Positions 1 through 10,645 of a DNA stretch of 64,000 bases are shown in pieces. A program made the position numbers and the translations under genes. The DNA is from Haliotis cracherodii (lineage: Eukaryota). Location of the stretch: the NCBI RefSeq assembly GCF_022045235.1, contig NW_027266265.1, positions 36,766,001-36,830,000 on the forward strand. The letters run 5' to 3'. Below the pieces are notes generated by a model. It ran no database searches. It saw only the letters and a list, made by a program, of their open reading frames with translations, and was not told the origin of the DNA. How positions within the stretch are numbered: position 1 is the first letter of the stretch; every line of letters begins with the position of its first letter.

Positions 1-563
1 TAGTTACACATTGTCAAACTGATTTGCGCATGTTTTATTCTTGGTAAGAGTTTTGGTCTAAACACACCTTAAAAGAACACAATAATCACTATCACTACTG
101 CTTCATCATGTCAAGGGCATACGTAAATGGTAGAGACGATTTATATACTTTCTTCTAATGTTTACGACCTAATACATTTTAGCACAATCTTGCCTTTTAC
201 ACCCAATGAAATCTGTTTCAGCAGATAATCGAGCCTGAATATTCTCTGGCGTTGACGATTTATGTAGTTAAAGAGTCATCACTGAATGATTATTATATCA
301 ATATTCAGGCGTTATCTATAGAAATTGAGATATCAATTTTAGTGATGCTCGTATTATCACAACTTCCTTGATAATGAAGTGTACAATTATCAAGATAATA
401 TGTTGAAGATAAGAGAGTTTTCTCAAGAAACGCAGTTGCAAATAAACGCCACAAAACCCTTTTCAGAATCATTCGAAAGCTGTGCTCGAAGCAGCAGAGG
501 CCATTGTACGATTCCGACTATAATGATCACAAGCATGTGCGTATGAATGACTATCAGATAGTG

Positions 564-824
564 GAGTAGAATAGGTCTTCAGCAACCCATGCTTGCCGTA
601 AAAGGTGGATATATATGCTTGTCGTAAAAGGCGTCTAACGGGATCGGGTGGTCAGGCTCGCTGACTTGATTGATGCATGTCATCGATCCCAATTGCGTGG
701 ATCGATGCTAATGATTTTAATCACTGGATTGTCTGGTCCAGACTCGATTATTTACAGACCGCCGTCATATAGCTGGAATATTGTTGAGTGCGGCGTTAAA
801 CAACCAACCAACCAACTAACCAAC
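564..824 (+). mobile_element. SINE family B (5'-truncated, Meta-domain-like), unit 1
   Basis: 9-bp TSD CAGATAGTG (555-563, 825-833), (CAAC)n tail, core GCTTGTCGTAAAAGGCG(A/T)CTAA resembling the MetaSINE domain (recalled, not searched). Confidence 0.8.
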
Positions 825-1430
825 CAGATAGTGATGATACCTGGCGGTTGCCAAAAAGTAAGCGTATCCTTCCTCATCGGTTCCACCGTCACAAACACAT
901 ATAAAGACAAGTCAACAAAGACCACAAAACAAGCTGTTGTTCATATGTCAATCATGTTTTCAGAAGACATTGGTGTACTTTCGGCTTTTAACAGATACTA
1001 CACGCATAAAAAGATGTTGTGAGTTTTCATAGTGACAGTCCCTTTGTGAGAAGAAACCAATATATGTCCCTTTCAGTTAGGAAATAAAGCTGTTGTAGTT
1101 TATAGTTAATGTGCAGTAAGATAAATAAAATTCGGGGAGAATAATGTAGTATCTGGGGACTTCTGCAGTATATTCAGCAGAGGCTATTTTCTTGTGAGCA
1201 GGCTGCTGTATTACACGGAAACGGTTAGCATAGTTGACCCCGTGTGGTACAGTGCTACTGCTGTACTGTGGCGAGGCTGTACTGGTGTGTTGCGTCAGTT
1301 TTCTGGTCTCTTGTTATGTCGTATCACACAGATGCATTATAATGTCTGATGTATGTTGCTCCCACATCATATATTTACTGGATACACACTTTTCAGACCG
1401 TTATCGAATATTTACTTAATAAAGGTTAAA

Positions 1431-1596
1431 GTGAGTGAGTGAGTATGGTTTTACGCCGCTTTTAGCAATATTCCAGCAATATTACGTCGGGGGACATCAG
1501 CAATGGGCTTCACACATTGTACCCATGTCGGAAATCGAACCCGTGTCTTCGGCGTAACGAGCGAACGCTTTAACCACTAGGCTACCCGACCGCCCC
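1431..1596 (-). mobile_element. SINE family A (tRNA-derived, 166 bp), unit 1
   Basis: Minus strand reads GGGGCGGTCGGG-TAGCCTAGTGG (A box) ... GGTTCGATTTCC (B box) ... (ACTC)n tail. Flanked by an imperfect TSD, TAATAAAGGTTAAA / TGATATAGGTTAAA. Confidence 0.88.
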
Positions 1597-1873
1597 TAAA
1601 TGATATAGGTTAAACGTTGAGTATCGAGGACTGTTTGAAATGCAGTTAGACGATTCCAGAGAGAGTGTCTCTGTTTGCCACCTTTATATACGTTGTCTTG
1701 TACTTCCTTAATCGATGTTCATGAATACCAGCTCGCATGTGTACCCGTAGGGTGATAACCTCGGGCCCTTTGATGCGAAAAGAATGCTTACTTTACACCA
1801 TTAAGCTGAGGTGCGTTACTTACCTGGAAGTGGCCAGCCCAAGGTAAATCAATCACGTATAATTCACAAATGG

Positions 1874-1909
1874 TATATATAAAGGACGGGGGAAACTGTT
1901 CCATCATCT
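1874..1909 (+). promoter_or_regulatory. TATA box (TATATATAAA 1874-1883) and Initiator-like TCATCT (predicted TSS ~1906); present in all 15 units
   Basis: Canonical TATA with a pyrimidine-flanked CA ~30 nt downstream, 370 bp upstream of the ATG. Confidence 0.7.
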
Positions 1910-1961
1910 CTTATCTTCACCTTCCGTTGAGACACAGATACGAGTAAAGACCAAACTGCAA

Positions 1962-2240
1962 GTACTATTTTAAGCTTTGCTTGTGATATATATGTATACT
2001 TTTAATTTTTGATTCATCTGCTGCGCATCTGGCTGCTTTTAACCTTCATGTTGAGCCAATTTATAAAAGTACGAATATGTAACATAAAACGTTCTTGTAA
2101 ATTGGGAAATATATGAATGCGGGTGAAATTAAAACTGATAACATAATTCACAATGAGTGGTGTGAACTGAATTTACCAGATGAGTAACGATAACATGCTA
2201 TTTTACCTTTCTTGACAATGATTTTCACGTTACTCAATAG
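1962..2240 (+). other. Probable 5'-UTR intron 1 (unit 1 representative); donor position uncertain (1944, 1958 or 1962)
   Basis: AT-rich segment with several out-of-context ATGs between TSS and start. It ends TTTTCACGTTACTCAATAG| 9 nt before the ATG. Confidence 0.55.
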
Positions 2241-2249
2241 ATACTCAAA

Positions 2250-2857
2250 ATGATGAAGATAGTCGCCGCTCTTGTTGCCTGCCTGGCTGTTACCGCCTTT
2301 GCCGAGCCTACCGGTCTGTATGGTGGAATTGGCGGGTTGAAAGGAGGACTGGGCGGAATTGGCTACGGAATGGGTGGATTGTACGGAGGCCTTGGAGGTC
2401 TTGGAGGCTATGGAGGTCTGTACGGAGGCATGGGAGGTCTATACGGAGGCATGGGAGGTCTATACGGAGGCATGGGAGGTCTATACGGAGGCAAATACGG
2501 ATACGGCATGGGAGGTCTGTACGGAGGACTTGGAGGCTATGGTGGTCTCTACGGAATGGGAGGATACGGAATTGGATTGGGAAAAGGTATTTCACAAAAT
2601 ATGATATCGTTTGTTTATCGTATCCGTAAATATACCTCCAGTCTCGTTTGCAAAATTGTATAATTTACCTATGTGGTATTACTATTTTCCGCGACAAAGC
2701 TGATGACATTTACAAAACATCTTTAAAACTATTCTCTGCTTTCTCTAATATTTGGTATAATTTATCATGCAGCTAGTTTCAAGACTTCGTTGTGACTTAT
2801 CCATACATCCCAACTTTATTCTACTATTTTTTTGTTTCAGGTATCGGCTATTATTGA
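2250..2857 (+). CDS. Secreted Gly/Tyr-rich (GGLYG/GGMGGLY repeat) structural protein, copy 1, 117 aa; join(2250..2586,2841..2857)
   Basis: AAAATG start context, signal peptide MMKIVAALVACLAVTAFA, donor AAG|GTATTT, acceptor TTTTTTTGTTTCAG. Splicing gives KGIGYY-TGA, with AATAAA 66 nt downstream and a TATA box upstream. Confidence 0.9.
2371..2570 (+). repeat. Coding minisatellite: 21-bp GGAGGCATGGGAGGTCTATAC (GGMGGLY) and 18-bp GGAGGTCTTGGAGGCTAT (GGLGGY) units, variable in number between copies
   Basis: Seen directly by comparing the copies. Confidence 0.95.
2587..2840 (+). other. Intron 2 (254 bp, phase 1, GT-AG; unit 1 representative)
   Basis: AAG|GTATTT ... TTTTTTTGTTTCAG|GT. Composition switches abruptly from Gly codons to AT-rich at the donor. 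Confidence 0.88.
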
Positions 2858-2922
2858 GTTATTATCACCTGCAGTGTGATGCTGGCTATTTATGTATTTT
2901 CTCAAACCAATGGAATTGGTTC

Positions 2923-2928
2923 AATAAA
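2923..2928 (+). terminator. Polyadenylation signal AATAAA (unit 1 representative; conserved across units)
   Basis: 66 nt after the spliced stop codon, followed by T-rich sequence. Confidence 0.7.
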
Positions 2929-4803
2929 ATCTTGTCATATTTATTTACGCCTTGAAATTTGTTTGAAAATCTTAATCTGAATTGAATGTTCACAATGGAA
3001 GAGTGATCTATGTTTCTCCATATTGTAAACTGTGGACATAGTACGTGTTGTCGACCAATATCCAAGCACACTTCAATGATATTGCGTTTTACTGCTAGCT
3101 GAGATATCAACTACTGAAATGTGCTATTAAGTTCCTGAGGAAACCGGACATGATGATAAGAGGAGGGATTTTATGCTTGATATATCTCCCACAAAATGTC
3201 ACTTACCCGAGTTCATGTTTCACGGAATATATCATTTGGGCTGCCAGAAAAGGGTTTGATAGCCATTTAAGTACCATAATATCTTGAATTGGCTGTCTGT
3301 ATTTCAATTTGCATTTTAAAAATATGCAGCGAAACAAATAAGCAGGCGTGTCAATTTTTGTCAAAGCAGTCATTGACGATATCAAGGGGTAGACAGTGTG
3401 CACTGTATTGAAATGCAAATGTGTGCGCTGTCCTTGAAAATGAGCGATAGTTGTATTCAGAATACAATCTACATGTTGTTATGGCTCTTTGTATAAGTAA
3501 TATCTGAGCTGCTGCAATAAAACAAACCCGAAAGCCATAGTGATGTAGAGCATCAAAACAAATGTTGCAAGATTCTTACTGCTTGGTTAGAAGGGAATGC
3601 AAACAGTTGGAATTTCCATGACAATAACATATCTTTACAGTTTATCAATTACACAAACAAAACGATTGAATTCAAAAGTAACTATTAAATACGCTTGTCC
3701 GGGTATAGCTTATCAACCTACGAATTATTTGTAATTTCCATCAAACATGTACTTCTTGATTTGATGATGCAATTTAACATTTTGCATACTGCTTATGTAA
3801 TTAATAGGAGAAGTATCTATATAGATATTTAGTTGTGTGTTTACTAACCACCTTCCCTGTAGGTGCTATTTGAAAAATACATATTGATTAAATCAGACCG
3901 CGAATTTGAAGATTCCGAACTGGATTGGTAGGATTGAAGATTACAATGAACAAACAAATAGCTAATATATCCCTATTGTTTGACTACAAAGCAAAAGTGA
4001 CAATCATTTATCAATACAAAGGAGATTGCATTTGGTAACTGTAGAGAGTGAAATTCAGCGGAATAAATAGTCCAACTTTAAAGCGTGTCATAAGTCTTTA
4101 TAACAACAACCAGACTGTAAAAACAAGTCGTTTGATCATGTCTATCTTTGAAAACACCTTTGTGTTATACTTTAAGAGCATTTTCTTCTGAAAACACGTC
4201 TTTACTTTTAGATGTACGGTTTTTCTGGGCAACCCTTATATAGTTACACATTGTCAAACTGATTTGCGCATGTTTTATTCTTGGTAAGAGTTTTGGTCTA
4301 AACACACCTTAAAAGAACACAATAATCACTATCACTACTGCTTCATCATGTCAAGGGCATACGTAAATGGTAGAGACGATTTATATACTTTCTTCTAATG
4401 TTTACGACCTAATACATTTTAGCACAATCTTGCCTTTTACACCCAATGAAATCTGTTTCAGCAGATAATCGAGCCTGAATATTCTCTGGCGTTGACGATT
4501 TATGTAGTTAAAGAGTCATCACTGAATGATTATTATATCAATATTCAGGCGTTATCTATAGAAATTGAGATATCAATTTTAGTGATGCTCGTATTATCAC
4601 AACTTCCTTGATAATGAAGTGTACAATTATCAAGATAATATGTTGAAGATAAGAGAGTTTTCTCAAGAAACGCAGTTGCAAATAAACGCCACAAAACCCT
4701 TTTCAGAATCATTCGAAAGCTGTGCTCGAAGCAGCAGAGGCCATTGTACGATTCCGACTATAATGATCACAAGCATGTGCGTATGAATGACTATCAGATA
4801 GTG

Positions 4804-5064
4804 GAGTAGAATAGGTCTTCAGCAACCCATGCTTGCCGTAAAAGGTGGATATATATGCTTGTCGTAAAAGGCGTCTAACGGGATCGGGTGGTCAGGCTCG
4901 CTGACTTGATTGATGCATGTCATCGATCCCAATTGCGTGGATCGATGCTAATGATTTTAATCACTGGATTGTCTGGTCCAGACTCGATTATTTACAGACC
5001 GCCGTCATATAGCTGGAATATTGTTGAGTGCGGCGTTAAACAACCAACCAACCAACTAACCAAC
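4804..5064 (+). mobile_element. SINE family B, unit 2
   Basis: Array copy of 564..824. Confidence 0.78.
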
Positions 5065-5670
5065 CAGATAGTGATGATACCTGGCGGTTGCCAAAAAGTA
5101 AGCGTATCCTTCCTCATCGGTTCCACCGTCACAAACACATATAAAGACAAGTCAACAAAGACCACAAAACAAGCTGTTGTTCATATGTCAATCATGTTTT
5201 CAGAAGACATTGGTGTACTTTCGGCTTTTAACAGATACTACACGCATAAAAAGATGTTGTGAGTTTTCATAGTGACAGTCCCTTTGTGAGAAGAAACCAA
5301 TATATGTCCCTTTCAGTTAGGAAATAAAGCTGTTGTAGTTTATAGTTAATGTGCAGTAAGATAAATAAAATTCGGGGAGAATAATGTAGTATCTGGGGAC
5401 TTCTGCAGTATATTCAGCAGAGGCTATTTTCTTGTGAGCAGGCTGCTGTATTACACGGAAACGGTTAGCATAGTTGACCCCGTGTGGTACAGTGCTACTG
5501 CTGTACTGTGGCGAGGCTGTACTGGTGTGTTGCGTCAGTTTTCTGGTCTCTTGTTATGTCGTATCACACAGATGCATTATAATGTCTGATGTATGTTGCT
5601 CCCACATCATATATTTACTGGATACACACTTTTCAGACCGTTATCGAATATTTACTTAATAAAGGTTAAA

Positions 5671-5836
5671 GTGAGTGAGTGAGTATGGTTTTACGCCGCT
5701 TTTAGCAATATTCCAGCAATATTACGTCGGGGGACATCAGCAATGGGCTTCACACATTGTACCCATGTCGGAAATCGAACCCGTGTCTTCGGCGTAACGA
5801 GCGAACGCTTTAACCACTAGGCTACCCGACCGCCCC
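5671..5836 (-). mobile_element. SINE family A, unit 2
   Basis: Array copy of 1431..1596. Confidence 0.85.
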
Positions 5837-6145
5837 TAAATGATATAGGTTAAACGTTGAGTATCGAGGACTGTTTGAAATGCAGTTAGACGATTCCAGA
5901 GAGAGTGTCTCTGTTTGCCACCTTTATATACGTTGTCTTGTACTTCCTTAATCGATGTTCATGAATACCAGCTCGCATGTGTACCCGTAGGGTGATAACC
6001 TCGGGCCCTTTGATGCGAAAAGAATGCTTACTTTACACCATTAAGCTGAGGTGCGTTACTTACCTGGAAGTGGCCAGCCCAAGGTAAATCAATCACGTAT
6101 AATTCACAAATGGTATATATAAAGGACGGGGGAAACTGTTCCATC

Positions 6146-6695
6146 ATCTCTTATCTTCACCTTCCGTTGAGACACAGATACGAGTAAAGACCAAACTGCA
6201 AGTACTGGTGGGTGGATTGTACGGAGGCCTTGGAGGTCTTGGAGGCTATGGAGGTCTGTACGGAGGCATGGGAGGTCTATACGGAGGCATGGGAGGTCTA
6301 TACGGAGGCATGGGAGGTCTATACGGAGGCAAATACGGATACGGCATGGGAGGTCTGTACGGAGGACTTGGAGGCTATGGTGGTCTCTACGGAATGGGAG
6401 GATACGGAATTGGATTGGGAAAAGGTATTTCACAAAATATGATATCGTTTGTTTATCGTATCCGTAAATATACCTCCAGTCTCGTTTGCAAAATTGTATA
6501 ATTTACCTATGTGGTATTACTATTTTCCGCGACAAAGCTGATGACATTTACAAAACATCTTTAAAACTATTCTCTGCTTTCTCTAATATTTGGTATAATT
6601 TATCATGCAGCTAGTTTCAAGACTTCGTTGTGACTTATCCATACATCCCAACTTTATTCTACTATTTTTTTGTTTCAGGTATCGGCTATTATTGA
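6146..6695 (+). pseudogene. Copy 2, truncated: 404 bp (intron 1, start codon, signal peptide, first 40 codons) replaced by GG
   Basis: Junction GCAAGTACT-GG-TGGGTGGATTG at 6206-6209. Downstream landmarks shift by 402 bp. Remaining exon 2 (to 6424) and exon 3 (6679..6695) are intact. Confidence 0.85.
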
Positions 6696-8372
6696 GTTAT
6701 TATCACCTGCAGTGTGATGCTGGCTATTTATGTATTTTCTCAAACCAATGGAATTGGTTCAATAAAATCTTGTCATATTTATTTACGCCTTGAAATTTGT
6801 TTGAAAATCTTAATCTGAATTGAATGTTCACAATGGAAGAGTGATCTATGTTTCTCCATATTGTAAACTGTGGACATAGTACGTGTTGTCTACCAATATC
6901 CAAGCACACTTCAATGATATTGCGTTTTACTGCTAGCTGAGATATCAACTACTGAAATGTGCTATTAAGTTCCTGAGGAAACCGGACATGATGATAAGAG
7001 GAGGGATTTTATGCTTGATATATCTCCCACAAAATGTCACTTACCCGAGTTCATGTTTCACGGAATATATCATTTGGGCTGCCAGAAAAGGGTTTGATAG
7101 CCATTTAAGTACCATAATATCTTGAATTGGCTGTCTGTATTTCAATTTGCATTTTAAAAATATGCAGCGAAACAAATAAGCAGGCGTGTCAATTTTTGTC
7201 AAAGCAGTCATTGACGATATCAAGGGGTAGACAGTGTGCACTGTATTGAAATGCAAATGTGTGCGCTGTCCTTGAAAATGAGCGATAGTTGTATTCACAA
7301 TACAATCTACATGTTGTTATGGCTCTTTGTATAAGTAATATCTGAGCTGCTGCAATAAAACAAACCCGAAAGCCATAGTGATGTAGAGCATCAAAACAAA
7401 TGTTGCAAGATTCTTACTGCTTGGTTAGAAGGGAATGCAAACAGTTGGAATTTCCATGACAATAACATATCTTTACAGTTTATCAATTACACAAACAAAA
7501 CGATTGAATTCAAAAGTAACTATTAAATACGCTTGTCCGGGTATAGCTTATCAACCTACGAATTATTTGTAATTTCCATCAAACATGTACTTCTTGATTT
7601 GATGATGCAATTTAACATTTTGCATACTGCTTATGTAATTAATAGGAGAAGTATCTATATAGATATTTAGTTGTGTGTTTACTAACCACCTTCCCTGTAG
7701 GTGCTATTTGAAAAATACATATTGATTAAATCAGACCGCGAATTTGAAGATTCCGAACTGGATTGGTAGGATTGAAGATTACAATGAACAAACAAATAGC
7801 TAATATATCCCTATTGTTTGACTACAAAGCAAAAGTGACAATCATTTATCAATACAAAGGAGATTGCATTTGGTAACTGTAGAGAGTGAAATTCAGCGGA
7901 ATAAATAGTCCAACTTTAAAGCGTGTCATACGTAAATGGTAGAGACGATTTATATACTTTCTTCTAATGTTTACGACCTAATACATTTTAGCACAATCTT
8001 GCCTTTTACACCCAATGAAATCTGTTTCAGCAGATAATCGAGCCTGAATATTCTCTGGCGTTGACGATTTATGTAGTTAAAGGGTCATCACTGAATGATT
8101 ATTATATCAATATTCAGGCGTTATCTATAGAAATTGAGATATCAAATTTAGTGATGCTCGTATTATCACAAATTCCTTGATAATGAAGCGTACAATTATC
8201 AAGATAATATGTTGAAGATAAGAGAGTTTTCTCAAGAAACGCAGTTGCAAATAAACGCCACAAAACCCTTTTCAGAATCATTCGAAAGCTGTGCTCGAAG
8301 CAGCAGAGGCCATTGTACGATTCCGACTATAATGATCACAAGCATGTGCGTATGAATGACTATCAGATAGTG

Positions 8373-8633
8373 GAGTAGAATAGGTCTTCAGCAACCCATG
8401 CTTGCCGTAAAAGGTGGATATATATGCTTGTCGTAAAAGGCGTCTAACGGGATCGGGTGGTCAGGCTCGCTGACTTGATTGATGCATGTCATCGATCCCA
8501 ATTGCGTGGATCGATGCTAATGATTTTAATCACTGGATTGTCTGGTCCAGACTCGATTATTTACAGACCGCCGTCATATAGCTGGAATATTGTTGAGTGC
8601 GGCGTTAAACAACCAACCAACCAACTAACCAAC
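8373..8633 (+). mobile_element. SINE family B, unit 3
   Basis: Array copy of 564..824. Confidence 0.78.
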
Positions 8634-9239
8634 CAGATAGTGATGATACCTGGCGGTTGCCAAAAAGTAAGCGTATCCTTCCTCATCGGTTCCACCGTCA
8701 CAAACACATATAAAGACAAGTCAACAAAGACCACAAAACAAGCTGTTGTTCATATGTCAATCATGTTTTCAGAAGACATTGGTGTACTTTCGGCTTTTAA
8801 CAGATACTACACGCATAAAAAGATGTTGTGAGTTTTCATAGTGACAGTCCCTTTGTGAGAAGAAACCAATATATGTCCCTTTCAGTTAGGAAATAAAGCT
8901 GTTGTAGTTTATAGTTAATGTGCAGTAAGATAAATAAAATTCGGGGAGAATAATGTAGTATCTGGGGACTTCTGCAGTATATTCAGCAGAGGCTATTTTC
9001 TTGTGAGCAGGCTGCTGTATTACACGGAAACGGTTAGCATAGTTGACCCCGTGTGGTACAGTGCTACTGCTGTACTGTGGCGAGGCTGTACTGGTGTGTT
9101 GCGTCAGTTTTCTGGTCTCTTGTTATGTCGTATCACACAGATGCATTATAATGTCTGATGTATGTTGCTCCCACATCATATATTTACTGGATACACACTT
9201 TTCAGACCGTTATCGAATATTTACTTAATAAAGGTTAAA

Positions 9240-9405
9240 GTGAGTGAGTGAGTATGGTTTTACGCCGCTTTTAGCAATATTCCAGCAATATTACGTCGGG
9301 GGACATCAGCAATGGGCTTCACACATTGTACCCATGTCGGAAATCGAACCCGTGTCTTCGGCGTAACGAGCGAACGCTTTAACCACTAGGCTACCCGACC
9401 GCCCC
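9240..9405 (-). mobile_element. SINE family A, unit 3
   Basis: Array copy of 1431..1596. Confidence 0.85.
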
Positions 9406-10058
9406 TAAATGATATAGGTTAAACGTTGAGTATCGAGGACTGTTTGAAATGCAGTTAGACGATTCCAGAGAGAGTGTCTCTGTTTGCCACCTTTATATAC
9501 GTTGTCTTGTACTTCCTTAATCGATGTTCATGAATACCAGCTCGCATGTGTACCCGTAGGGTGATAACCTCGGGCCCTTTGATGCGAAAAGAATGCTTAC
9601 TTTACACCATTAAGCTGAGGTGCGTTACTTACCTGGAAGTGGCCAGCCCAAGGTAAATCAATCACGTATAATTCACAAATGGTATATATAAAGGACGGGG
9701 GAAACTGTTCCATCATCTCTTATCTTCACCTTCCGTTGAGACACAGATACGAGTAAAGACCAAACTGCAAGTACTATTTTAAGCTTTGCTTGTGATATAT
9801 ATGTATACTTTTAATTTTTGATTCATCTGCTGCGCATCTGGCTGCTTTTAACCTTCATGTTGAGCCAATTTATAAAAGTACGAATATGTAACATAAAACG
9901 TTCTTGTAAATTGGGAAATATATGAATGCGGGTGAAATTAAAACTGATAACATAATTCACAATGAGTGGTGTGAACTGAATTTACCAGATGAGTAACGAT
10001 AACATGCTATTTTACCTTTCTTGACAATGATTTTCACGTTACTCAATAGATACTCAAA

Positions 10059-10645
10059 ATGATGAAGATAGTCGCCGCTCTTGTTGCCTGCCTGGCTGTT
10101 ACCGCCTTTGCCGAGCCTACCGGTCTGTATGGTGGAATTGGCGGGTTGAAAGGAGGACTGGGCGGAATTGGCTACGGAATGGGTGGATTGTACGGAGGCC
10201 TTGGAGGTCTTGGAGGCTATGGAGGTCTGTACGGAGGCATGGGAGGTCTATACGGAGGCATGGGAGGTCTATACGGAGGCAAATACGGATACGGCATGGG
10301 AGGTCTGTACGGAGGACTTGGAGGCTATGGTGGTCTCTACGGAATGGGAGGATACGGAATTGGATTGGGAAAAGGTATTTCACAAAATATGATATCGTTT
10401 GTTTATCGTATCCGTAAATATACCTCCAGTCTCGTTTGCAAAATTGTATAATTTACCTATGTGGTATTACTATTTTCCGCGACAAAGCTGATGACATTTA
10501 CAAAACATCTTTAAAACTATTCTCTGCTTTCTCTAATATTTGGTATAATTTATCATGCAGCTAGTTTCAAGACTTCGTTGTGACTTATCCATACATCCCA
10601 ACTTTATTCTACTATTTTTTTGTTTCAGGTATCGGCTATTATTGA
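10059..10645 (+). CDS. Gly/Tyr-rich secreted protein copy 3, 110 aa; join(10059..10374,10629..10645)
   Basis: As copy 1, with one fewer 21-bp GGMGGLY repeat. Confidence 0.88.

Noticed and set aside
648-1022. 124-aa ORF MVRLADLID... repeated in each unit
   Set aside because: It starts at GTG inside SINE-B, runs through the (CAAC)n tail, and is broken by a stop or deletions in units 12, 13 and 15.
1234-1419. Cys/Val-rich 61-aa ORF and the other short ORFs (2767, 2886, 3203, 11886, 47488, 47748, 56269 and copies)
   Set aside because: Many have non-ATG starts, low-complexity or AT-rich composition, and frame changes between units. Their recurrence only reflects the tandem array.
1520-1596. tRNA-like A/B boxes on the minus strand
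   Set aside because: This is the head of a tRNA-derived SINE, shown by the tail, the TSD and an independent insertion elsewhere. It is not a tRNA gene.
1818-1827. ACTTACCTGG, matching the U1 snRNA 5' end, or a perfect CAG|GTAAGT donor on the minus strand
   Set aside because: Nothing downstream resembles U1, and there is no supportable antisense exon structure.
2308-2604. Antisense (RIDLPCL)n and +1-frame (TEAWEVY)n ORFs over the gene
   Set aside because: These are shadow frames of the 21-bp coding repeat with no independent promoter or signals. The +1 frame is considered only for deleted copy 2.
2587-2663. C-terminal tail ISQNMISFVYRIRKYTSSLVCKIV in the ORF track
   Set aside because: Intron read-through past a good splice donor.
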